Program-made: the position numbers and the translations under genes
Assembly: GCA_043804515.1 (NCBI GenBank)
Contig: JAZDIZ010000030.1
Span: 1 to 11,963, forward strand
Origin: Pseudomonadota bacterium
GTDB lineage: Bacteria > Bdellovibrionota_G > JALEGL01 > DATDPG01
Length of the DNA: 11,963 bases
Reading direction: 5' to 3'
The notes under the pieces: model-generated
Told to the model about the DNA's origin: nothing
Seen by the model: only the letters and a program-made list of their open reading frames with translations
The model's database searches: none
Part shown: one piece after another, positions 1-7,856 of the stretch
Position numbering within the stretch: position 1 is the first letter of the stretch
Layout: every line of letters begins with the position of its first letter

Positions 1-1338
1 GAACCGGACAAGATCATCGCTGCGAAAAAGTCCTCCCCTTTGATTGTGGGCCTCGGAAAGGGTGAGAACTTCGTGGCTTCGGATATCCCGGCGCTTTTGA
101 GCCACACGCGGGACGTAATCGTCATGGAAGACGGCGAGATGGCGGTGGTCACGAGGGACGGCGTGAAGTTCACGGATTTCGCGGGAAAACCCATCCAACG
201 CACGCCCCGGAATATCTCGTGGTCGAGCGCGGTCGCTGAGAAGGAAGGCTACAAGCACTTCATGCTCAAGGAAATCCACGAACAGCCCAGGGGGCTAGCG
301 GACACGCTGCGCAGCCGGATCGTGGAGTCGATGCAGGAAGTGAACCTGGACGAAGTGGGGCTGACCGCGGAGGAGATTCAGAAGATCCGGCGGGTGGTGT
401 TTGTGGCGTGCGGAACGTCGTGGCACGCGGCGCTGGTGGGGAAGTTTTGGATGGAATCAGTGGCCCGGATTCCCTCGGACGTGGATCTCGCGTCGGAGTT
501 CCGTTATCGGAACCCGGTGGTGGACGACGGCGCCCTTTGCATTCCGATCTCGCAGTCGGGCGAAACGGCGGACACCCTTGCAGCGCTGGAAGAAGCAAAA
601 AAATTGGGCGGCCGGAGCCTGGCGATCTGCAACGTCGTGGAAAGTTCGATCGCCCGGAAATCCGATCACGTCCTGTACACGCATGCCGGGCCGGAAATCG
701 GCGTGGCTTCGACGAAAGCGTTCACGACACAGCTGGCATCGCTGGCGATGCTGGCGCTTTTCCTGGCCCAAAAGCGCGGAACGATCGGCAAAAAAGAGAT
801 TCAAGAGAAACTGCACGCGCTCGTGGAGCTTCCCCGGTTGGTGGAGGAGGCGTTGGCCCAGGACGCGAAGATCTCGAAGATCGCGGCGGCGTTCATGCAC
901 GCCCGCGATTTCCTTTATTTGGGACGCGGCGTGAGCTTTCCGATCGCGCTGGAGGGGGCGCTGAAGTTAAAAGAGATTTCGTACGTCCACGCGGAGGGGT
1001 ACGCCGGTGGCGAGATCAAACACGGACCGATCGCCCTGATCGACGAAAACATGCCGGTGCTGGCGCTGGCCACGGGCGGTCCGACGTATGCCAAGATGTT
1101 CAGCAATATCGAGGAAGTCTTGGCGCGCGGAGCGAAAGTGATCGCAGTCGTCACGAAAGGTGACGAGCGGCTCAAAAAGCACGCGGCGGCATTGATCGAG
1201 ATTCCCCAGACGGATGATTTCGTGCGGCCGGTGGTGGAGACGATCCCGCTTCAACTCTTTGCGTACCACCTCGCGGACCATCGCGGCACCGATGTGGACC
1301 AGCCGCGCAATCTCGCAAAGTCCGTAACCGTGGAATAG
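1..1338 (+). CDS. glmS: Glutamine--fructose-6-phosphate aminotransferase (isomerizing), 5'-truncated by the window edge
   Basis: Frame is open from base 1 (EPDKIIAAKKSSPLIVGLG...). It carries the GlmS motifs HFMLKEIHEQP, ACGTSWHA, SQSGETADT, EIGVASTKAFT and EGALKLKEISY, and the canonical C-terminus DVDQPRNLAKSVTVE; TAG at 1336-1338. Confidence 0.98.
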   Translation, partial: EPDKIIAAKKSSPLIVGLGKGENFVASDIPALLSHTRDVIVMEDGEMAVVTRDGVKFTDFAGKPIQRTPRNISWSSAVAEKEGYKHFMLKEIHEQPRGLADTLRSRIVESMQEVNLDEVGLTAEEIQKIRRVVFVACGTSWHAALVGKFWMESVARIPSDVDLASEFRYRNPVVDDGALCIPISQSGETADTLAALEEAKKLGGRSLAICNVVESSIARKSDHVLYTHAGPEIGVASTKAFTTQLASLAMLALFLAQKRGTIGKKEIQEKLHALVELPRLVEEALAQDAKISKIAAAFMHARDFLYLGRGVSFPIALEGALKLKEISYVHAEGYAGGEIKHGPIALIDENMPVLALATGGPTYAKMFSNIEEVLARGAKVIAVVTKGDERLKKHAAALIEIPQTDDFVRPVVETIPLQLFAYHLADHRGTDVDQPRNLAKSVTVE

Positions 1339-1387
1339 CGAATTTACGCGTCTAATGGATTGGGCAGCCGCGTAAGCACCCCTCCGG

Positions 1388-1482
1388 GGACGCGATCGCC
1401 CGGCGTTACGCCGCCGGGGCGTCGCTCGGCGCTCAGCGGCCGTGGCATTGGATGCATGGATTACGGCCGCTTCCGGCACGCC
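1388..1482. repeat. Copy 1 of a ~95-nt conserved structured intergenic element (candidate ncRNA or dispersed repeat)
   Basis: Manual alignment to 10827-10920 gives 78/96 identical columns. Hairpin A: GCGA-T-CGCC-CG-GCG[TTACGC]CGC-CG-G-GGCG-TCGC (1392-1425). Hairpin B: AGCGGCCGT(1435-1443)/ACGGCCGCT(1463-1471). Function unknown. Confidence 0.85.
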
Positions 1483-1817
1483 CCTCTGGGGTTTGCTTCC
1501 GCGTCCACCAATCTAAGAGCTTGTTTGGTAAGCGTGGCCTGCTTGGCAATGCAGGTGGTTCATCCGTGCCCGTGAGCTCGCCTTCCGTGTGTGGCTGAAC
1601 AGTTATCGCTCTGGAAGAGAGAGACTGGAGAGAGTGGATGATGGGGACGGAGGGGGCGTCTTGTGTCTCAAACACCGGGTTGCTCACCTGTGCAAAATTC
1701 CGCCAAAGAATCGCAAAAGCAGGTTCCGGTAAGGATAGCCAACCTCTTGTAACTCCCCGATTTTAGACGTTTTCGTTCTGGCACGACCGTTGCTGTTCCG
1801 TATTGGTGGAGACGCTT

Positions 1818-3416
1818 ATGAGATCCCGGAACCGTTTGAACGCCTGCTTCGGGCCGCTGCTATTTTCCCTCCTTTTTGTGGCGGGCTGTGCATCTTCCGG
1901 AAACGGAGGCACAAAGATCAATACGAACCTGGACCGATTGAACCCGGACGCCGCCACGTCCACCGTTTCTGTAAGCCCCTCGTCCGGTCTCGTGGCCGAC
2001 GGGCAATCAACATCCACGATTACGGTAACGGTCCTCAATAATGCGTCCGAGGCCCTGGCTGGAAAGGCCATTCACCTCAATGTTTCGGGAAACCAAAACA
2101 CCCTTTCGGCAACCGATCTTTCAAGCGGTGACGATGGAAAAGCGACGGCGACGCTGGCGTCAACGGAAGCGGGGGACAAAACCGTCACGGCCACCGTTGG
2201 TGAGGGAAGCTCGGCGGTGACACTGAGCCAAACGCCGACCGTCACGTTCACGCCGGTTACCCCTCCCTTTCTGACGTCCGTTATGAAGATCGTGACGGGA
2301 GCTTTTCACACTTGCGCCCTGGTTTCGGGGGGGCAGATTTATTGTTGGGGACAGAACGAAAAGGGGCAGCTTGGAAACGGGACACAGAACCGAAGTGCCT
2401 ATCCGGCTCCTGTCGTGGACATTTCGAACGCGGTCGATCTTGTGGCGGGCTGGTGGCACACGTGCGCTATCCTCTCCACGGGAGACGTGAAGTGCTGGGG
2501 TTCGAACTTATACGGTGAACTGCAATTCAATCCGGCCGTCAACCCGCGACCGGTTGTCATGGGAAACATCGGAGGGACCGTGAAAGCGCTCTCCGCAGGT
2601 AACTCGACCACATGCGCACTTCGTACGGACGGAAAGATCATGTGTTGGGGCGACGGGGGTTGGGGCCAACTTGGAAACAACCAGCTCTATGACAACTCGA
2701 CTCGCACGGGGGCGCCTCAGGAAGTGTTCGGAATTTCAACGGCTACGGCCGTTTCATCCAACAACGCCAGCAGTTGCGCGCTTCTTTTGGATCGAACCGT
2801 GAAGTGTTGGGGAGACAACGGCTGGGGGCAGGTGGGCAAGAATCCGGGACATCCGGACTATATGCCCAGCACGTCCACTCCGCAGCAGGTGATGGACATG
2901 GGCATCCCGCTCACGGCGATCTGGGTCAGCATGGGAGGCGATCACGCTTGCGCCGTCGTAGGGCCAATCGGCGCGACCAGTGGCCCGATAAAATGTTGGG
3001 GGGCGAACGATAATGGCCAGTTCGGAAATGGAGTCACTTTCCCGTTCGCCGATCCGTCGCCGGACCAAGCGCAGAACATCACCACGGCCCAAAGCGTCGC
3101 GGCCGCGGGTTGGAGAACCTGCGCTCTTCTGACCGACCGGTCCGTGTGGTGCTGGGGCAACGGACATCTGGGGCAATTGGGCAACGGAACAGAGTTCGCC
3201 AATTCTACGGTGCCCGTCATGGTGTCGAACCTGGATTACAGCGTAATGAGTCCCTCCGGTCTCGCGGTGCAGGAATCTCACTCGTGTGTGATTTTCGGTG
3301 ACAACCGGGCGAGATGCTGGGGATTGGACAACGACGGCCAGTTGGGTGATGGACGGACGGCGGAGCCTGAACAGACCCTCTATGCAACCACCCCCGTCGA
3401 CGTTCTTCACCCGTAG
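1818..3416 (+). CDS. Putative lipoprotein with an invasin/intimin-type Ig-like (Big_1) domain and a 7-bladed RCC1/BLIP-II-like beta-propeller
   Basis: ATG at 1818 follows GGTGGAG (1805-1811). Signal peptide with lipobox-like LFVAG|C. The segment STVSVSPSSGLVADGQSTSTITVTV...DDGKATATLASTEAGDKTVTATV is typical of Big_1. Seven repeats of xxCA(L/I/V)...CWGxNxxGQLGxG follow. Confidence 0.9.
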   Translation: MRSRNRLNACFGPLLFSLLFVAGCASSGNGGTKINTNLDRLNPDAATSTVSVSPSSGLVADGQSTSTITVTVLNNASEALAGKAIHLNVSGNQNTLSATDLSSGDDGKATATLASTEAGDKTVTATVGEGSSAVTLSQTPTVTFTPVTPPFLTSVMKIVTGAFHTCALVSGGQIYCWGQNEKGQLGNGTQNRSAYPAPVVDISNAVDLVAGWWHTCAILSTGDVKCWGSNLYGELQFNPAVNPRPVVMGNIGGTVKALSAGNSTTCALRTDGKIMCWGDGGWGQLGNNQLYDNSTRTGAPQEVFGISTATAVSSNNASSCALLLDRTVKCWGDNGWGQVGKNPGHPDYMPSTSTPQQVMDMGIPLTAIWVSMGGDHACAVVGPIGATSGPIKCWGANDNGQFGNGVTFPFADPSPDQAQNITTAQSVAAAGWRTCALLTDRSVWCWGNGHLGQLGNGTEFANSTVPVMVSNLDYSVMSPSGLAVQESHSCVIFGDNRARCWGLDNDGQLGDGRTAEPEQTLYATTPVDVLHP

Positions 3417-3480
3417 AAAATGAAAACGGTGAAGTGTCTGCGCACCCGCCAAACCGGGCAGAGCAAATTATCGAACGGCT

Positions 3481-6400
3481 TCAGAAGTCCGTGCCGATTC
3501 CCAGATACAGGTGGACGGGCCAATCGGTTCCGGAAAAGCCGTGCTTGGCGTCGTCCTGGAACCCGTACGCGATCCGGAAAACGCTGTTCCAGGGATTCGA
3601 GTCGCTGAACAAGAACGCCTTCAGCCGAAGCTCCCATCCGGAATCGACAAGAAGAACCGTTCCTTGGCCCAGCGTTGAATCGCGCGTTGCGTTTTGGAAG
3701 AGGTTCCTGACTTCGCCGAACGTCCAGGAGTTCCCGACTTCGGTGAAGAATGTGCCGTATAGGCCGTCCACATAGAGAAGGCTCTTTTTGTAATCCATCC
3801 TTCGCGCGATCGGGAACGTGTAGCCGGTGCTCAATAGAAGCATCGTCTCGCCGAAAATGCTGAAAGGGGCGTATCCGTAAAACAGCGTGTCCTGCGAGAT
3901 CTGGCCGAACGCCCGGAAATCCAGGCGGCCTCCCAGGAAAAAGTCGTCGTTGATATTCACCCTTCTTGAAATCACACCGCCGTTGAACCTGAACCAGAGC
4001 GTGTGTTGATTCCACCACGGTGCGGGCCAGGGGAGGGCGATGTAGCGTTCCACCTTGAGAAATCCCTTGTGGTAGAAGTAGCCCTGATTCGGGGAGGGGA
4101 TCGTGGAATCGGGAGTCGCGAGACGGGTATGGTCGAGGATGTAGCTGAGCGACACCTTCGTTACATCCCTCGGGTTGATGTCGAAATCCGGTGACGTCGA
4201 AGAGACGCGGCTGGCGTAAGCCCAGTTCAATTCGACCTGGTCGTTCGTGAGGAGGCGGAACGTCGTTTCGATCTGGTCACCGATGAACAGGGGGAACCCG
4301 ATCCTGCGGTCCACGAACCGGCGGTGATACCAGAGCGAGAGTTTGTGTGAACCGGGGAGGGCGCGGCGGACCTCGAAGTTCTGCGAAAGGCCCGCGTCGA
4401 TGAATTGAATGGCGTCGCGCACGATTCCGTTCGGCTCGTCCAACGAGGTGTCGCCGTCGTTGATGAATTGGAGCAGGTTGTTGCGGATGTACGCGGTGTA
4501 CGTGACGTCGAGGGTCGGATAGAACATCCGGTTCTCGTACGACACCTGATAATCCTGGTCCCGGCCGAACAGCGCCAACGCCGTCAGATTGTGTTTTTCC
4601 AGATAGTCGGACACCTGTAGGGCCACGCCGGCTTTAAACTGATCGTTCTCAAAAACCATGCTGGGGAATAATCGGACCGGCCTGGGCCAGGGGAAATAGC
4701 CCCGGCTCTTCGTTTCGGGGAACTCGTTTCGCGTTAGCTGAGCCTGGGCCTGATCTTCGGCGACCGCAGGAGCGGGGTCGGGCGAACTCACGGCCGGGGG
4801 TACGTACTCGATCCGATACGGCTTGAATCCGAACGAACTGAATCTGGAATAAAGAAGCGTTTTTCCGTCGGCGGCCGGGTACGGCTCGAAGGCTCCCGTT
4901 TCCAAACGCGTAAGTTGCGTGGGCTGCGTTCCCTGCGCGGCGTTCGCGGGCAACGCATAGAGCTGGAAAATACCGCTCCGATCGGACGAGAAAATCACGA
5001 ACTTCCCGTCCGGCGTGAACGCCGGATCACGGTCGTCCGCCGCGTCCAATGTGAGGGGCCGGGGGGTTCCGCCTGAACGGGGCACGAACCAAATGTCGGC
5101 CTGACCGTGATTGAACAGCGTGAACGCTATCGATGTTCCATCGGGAGACCAGGCGGGCTCCGTGGCTTCGGCGTCGCCTCCGATGGCCACCAGATCCCGC
5201 GTCCGTCCGCTTTCCGGATCCAGGATCCTGAGGTTTCTTCCGCCGTCGCGGCTCTGTGTGTAAGCGATCTCGGTTCCGTCGGGGCTCCAGGCCACGTATG
5301 TGGCTCTCAGCTTATGCGTGATGCGCTTGGGCCGGACGGAAAAGCCGCGCTTTTTCCAATCATAACGGCGCGTGAGTTTTCGCCGCTCAGTGGGATCGGA
5401 AGAAGCTCGAAACGCCGATTCGTAGGCCTCACGGACGTCGACGAGTTTTTTGAGATCGATCCGGTAAAGATCGAAGTACGGATAGCCTCCGATTACGTCA
5501 CCCAACCGGCGCGACAGCAGAATCGTGCGTGAATCCGGGGACCAAGTGTGGAACGAGCCCTCGAACGATAGTGACAGCCCGGCAGGCCTGCCTTTCTCTT
5601 TTTCCTCGCTCCGGCCGAGTTCGGAAAGATCGAAGGGATTGGCCAGGCGCCGGAGCTTCAGGTTTCGGTCGCTGGTCCACGAGAACCAACGGCCGTCGGG
5701 CGAGAAACGGGGCGCGAAATTGAACGTGCCGTCCTTGTACGGGCGATCCGGCGGATCCGTTTGATCCAGGATCGCGGGGCTCACGAGAGGGATTCTTTCC
5801 CCCTCGAGGGGGCTCTTTCGGATCTCGGCCGTTTGTGCCGTGTACGTTTCGATCAAATGTTCCTTCCATTCGGTGTACAACTCCTGCGCGCTCTTGTGGA
5901 AGGCGTCCGCAAGGTTCCGGTCGAAATCGATGTGGTATTGGTCCGCAGATTCCCGGGCGATCGAGAGGTTGGCGTCCCGGCCGTAGGTTTCCTTCAACCA
6001 GCGGAGGAACGCGAAGCCCTGGTTGTAAACCATTTCCCCGCCTAGATACTCCCGCACGGTGATGTTTCGCATCTGGTTGAAGCTCAGGAGATTGTCTTCC
6101 AGAACGGCCGCGCGCAGGAGCATGTCCCTGTGGGTGTCCCAGAAATCGTACCCCACCGCTTCGTCGTCCAGCTGGGCGGTCCCCTCCGCCCACCAACGCG
6201 GATAAGGGTTGGACAGAACAAACGCGGAGGCTCCGATGTTGTGATTCGTATCCGTGCCCCCTCCCAGCACCAATCCGAAACGAAGCCCCTCCACCAATCC
6301 TCCGGCCGGTGAGGCCGCCTGAAGCGAAACGATGTGGGCGAACTCGTGCGTGATGACCTCGCGGATCCAGTCGCTGCGGCCGCGGAGAGGCAGGGACGAG

Positions 6401-6705
6401 GGGGAAGTCCAAATCGTGATCCAGCCGATGTTGGCGACGGCGAACCCGTTCGATTTGTCCTGGTCGTCCCGGACGACGACGTGGGTCGGCCTGGAAGGCT
6501 CGTGCCCGTAGATCCCGGTCACCTTAGGATAGATCTCTTCGAAAACGACGGCGACCTTGCGCGCCGTCCACTCGACTGCATCGTAGTAGTGGATGTACGC
6601 ATGTTCCGTTTGGATCGTTCTCCAATGAATGTCGGGATAGTTCTGTGCCCGAAGGAGGGAAGGGGCCGCGGCCAGGAGGCATATGAGAATCGCCCTAAAA
6701 CGCAT
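3481..6705 (-). CDS. Outer-membrane protein: N-terminal zinc-metallopeptidase-like (HExxH) domain, PD40/TolB-like beta-propeller repeats, and a C-terminal Omp85/BamA-like beta-barrel
   Basis: 1074 aa with an N-terminal signal peptide. HEFAH (6334-6348) is followed by WWAEGTA (gluzincin-like third ligand). PD40 repeats: PRFSPDG, WSPDS, WSPDG x2, PAFTPDGKFVIFSSDRSG. The C-terminus is an amphipathic beta region with FFLGGRLDFRAFG (resembles the Omp85 loop-6 GG..VRGF motif) and ends in Phe (LYLGIGTDF). Confidence 0.8.
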   Translation of the reverse strand: MRFRAILICLLAAAPSLLRAQNYPDIHWRTIQTEHAYIHYYDAVEWTARKVAVVFEEIYPKVTGIYGHEPSRPTHVVVRDDQDKSNGFAVANIGWITIWTSPSSLPLRGRSDWIREVITHEFAHIVSLQAASPAGGLVEGLRFGLVLGGGTDTNHNIGASAFVLSNPYPRWWAEGTAQLDDEAVGYDFWDTHRDMLLRAAVLEDNLLSFNQMRNITVREYLGGEMVYNQGFAFLRWLKETYGRDANLSIARESADQYHIDFDRNLADAFHKSAQELYTEWKEHLIETYTAQTAEIRKSPLEGERIPLVSPAILDQTDPPDRPYKDGTFNFAPRFSPDGRWFSWTSDRNLKLRRLANPFDLSELGRSEEKEKGRPAGLSLSFEGSFHTWSPDSRTILLSRRLGDVIGGYPYFDLYRIDLKKLVDVREAYESAFRASSDPTERRKLTRRYDWKKRGFSVRPKRITHKLRATYVAWSPDGTEIAYTQSRDGGRNLRILDPESGRTRDLVAIGGDAEATEPAWSPDGTSIAFTLFNHGQADIWFVPRSGGTPRPLTLDAADDRDPAFTPDGKFVIFSSDRSGIFQLYALPANAAQGTQPTQLTRLETGAFEPYPAADGKTLLYSRFSSFGFKPYRIEYVPPAVSSPDPAPAVAEDQAQAQLTRNEFPETKSRGYFPWPRPVRLFPSMVFENDQFKAGVALQVSDYLEKHNLTALALFGRDQDYQVSYENRMFYPTLDVTYTAYIRNNLLQFINDGDTSLDEPNGIVRDAIQFIDAGLSQNFEVRRALPGSHKLSLWYHRRFVDRRIGFPLFIGDQIETTFRLLTNDQVELNWAYASRVSSTSPDFDINPRDVTKVSLSYILDHTRLATPDSTIPSPNQGYFYHKGFLKVERYIALPWPAPWWNQHTLWFRFNGGVISRRVNINDDFFLGGRLDFRAFGQISQDTLFYGYAPFSIFGETMLLLSTGYTFPIARRMDYKKSLLYVDGLYGTFFTEVGNSWTFGEVRNLFQNATRDSTLGQGTVLLVDSGWELRLKAFLFSDSNPWNSVFRIAYGFQDDAKHGFSGTDWPVHLYLGIGTDF

Positions 6706-7750
6706 ACGCGATTCCCAATTCGGCTTTGAGCCCGACGAGTGATTCCACCAGCGGTAACGTGGGGTAGCTCTCGCCCCAGACGGGGATGGCGAGGTTCATG
6801 AGGAGCGAGACATCCCGGCTCAGCTCAAGGGTCCAGGACGGCGTGACCGTCAGGAGCATGGCCGAGTCGAGCCGCGCGTCGTCCACGGCGCTGTCGAACG
6901 TCGATCCGTTCACGGTGAAATTGAAATTCCGGATCCTGGTGGGGCGCCGATACAAATAGTCGAGCCGAAGCGCGACGAAGTTCCAACGGGCGGGACGCCA
7001 CGCCCAGCGGCTGCCCAGCCGGACTTCGTCCCCCCAATCGATATGGAGGTTCCCGACCGGAAGCGACGCCGTTTGCGTCTGATCCGCTGAGGCCTGGAGG
7101 ATCGTGGTCGTTTGAAGGTATTCGACGTCGGCGGCGAATCGGAAGGCATACGAGAAATCAGCGTCCCAAGAGAGAGCCGGCGTAATGTGCCATTTTAAGA
7201 GCGCGAGCGGAGCGAGGTCCTGATTTCCCGTTCCCAGAGGGAGCTTCAACGAGTGCCCCGTCGAAGCCTGCGAGAATCCGATTTGCGTATCGCCCGATGG
7301 AAAGCGCCCCTCGATTCCGAAAGCGGCCTCCAACGCCGAGGAAGGTCGCCCCCAGAACCTGAACGCCGCGCCCGCGTGCGTATCACCCAGGCCGAAATTG
7401 GATGCGTTGAAAGCGAGCGTCTCCTTTCGATAGGCCAAAGGGAAGTCGAGCCAAAGCGTCAGATCGTCCGTAAGGCCGTATTCCGCCGAGAGGAGGAACG
7501 TGAGGTCGATGAATTGTTCCTGCGTCCCGTCGCGAAACGAAGGATCGGAAGAGTCCTTGAGACTCCCCGAGGACGTGAAGAAATCGTCGGAAACGCCCCC
7601 GGACACGGAAAACAGGAACACGCCGTCGCCTCGGTGTGGCGTGATCGGATCTTCCGGCTCGGCCAAACGAAGGGTGCTCCCGTACGCCGGGAGGCTTGCC
7701 CAGAATAAGGAAAGAGGAACGAGGAACCAGGAAAGGGGGCGGTGGTTCAA
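6695..7750 (-). CDS. Putative outer-membrane beta-barrel channel (COG4313 / Phenol_MetA_deg-like transporter family)
   Basis: 351 aa. TTG start (in-frame stop 5 codons upstream) and a signal peptide ending PAYG. Motifs EYGLTDDL, GLGDTHAGAAFRF and FPSGD...LPLGTGNQD. Terminal aromatic (GIAYAF). Its end overlaps the start of the downstream Omp85-like gene by 11 nt. Confidence 0.65.
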   Translation of the reverse strand: MNHRPLSWFLVPLSLFWASLPAYGSTLRLAEPEDPITPHRGDGVFLFSVSGGVSDDFFTSSGSLKDSSDPSFRDGTQEQFIDLTFLLSAEYGLTDDLTLWLDFPLAYRKETLAFNASNFGLGDTHAGAAFRFWGRPSSALEAAFGIEGRFPSGDTQIGFSQASTGHSLKLPLGTGNQDLAPLALLKWHITPALSWDADFSYAFRFAADVEYLQTTTILQASADQTQTASLPVGNLHIDWGDEVRLGSRWAWRPARWNFVALRLDYLYRRPTRIRNFNFTVNGSTFDSAVDDARLDSAMLLTVTPSWTLELSRDVSLLMNLAIPVWGESYPTLPLVESLVGLKAELGIAYAF

Positions 7751-7770
7751 GCGGCTTTCATTCTACCTGT

Positions 7771-7818
7771 ATATAAAGAGAGCGCGAAGAGCGCATTTGC
7801 GGCACCCTTCGCGCTCCC
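7771..7818 (-). terminator. Intrinsic terminator downstream of phaR
   Basis: The minus strand reads GGGAGCGCGAAGGGTGC-cgcaaat-GCGCTCTTCGCGCTCTC-TTTATAT: a 17-bp stem, fully paired with G-U wobbles on this strand, followed by a U/A-rich tail. Confidence 0.65.
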
Positions 7819-7856
7819 TCAAAAGAACGATCTCAGATCAGCGAATCTCGAGAAAG

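Noticed and set aside
266..1479. Many overlapping or antisense ORFs within glmS and other genes
   Set aside because: Typical shadow ORFs of GC-rich coding DNA with no motifs.
1339..1500. glmS ribozyme
   Set aside because: That ribozyme lies 5' of glmS; this element is 3' of the gene, does not resemble its core, and recurs at an unrelated locus.
1433..1687. 84-aa minus-strand ORF and other short ORFs across the elements (1360-1575, 10387-11022, 10730-10999)
   Set aside because: No recognisable motifs, and indels between the two copies break the reading frame, so the conservation is not protein-level.
1293..1700. Tn7-like transposon inserted at attTn7 after glmS; TGTGTGGCTGAACAGTTATC near 1588 faintly resembles a Tn7-family end
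   Set aside because: No tns/tni genes, no repeated TnsB-type sites, and the motif is ~250 nt from the glmS stop rather than ~25 nt.
3417..3480. Possible bidirectional terminator between the convergent genes (TCTG..CCCG/CGGG-CAGA)
   Set aside because: The stem is short and interrupted, with no adjacent clean U-tract; support is insufficient.
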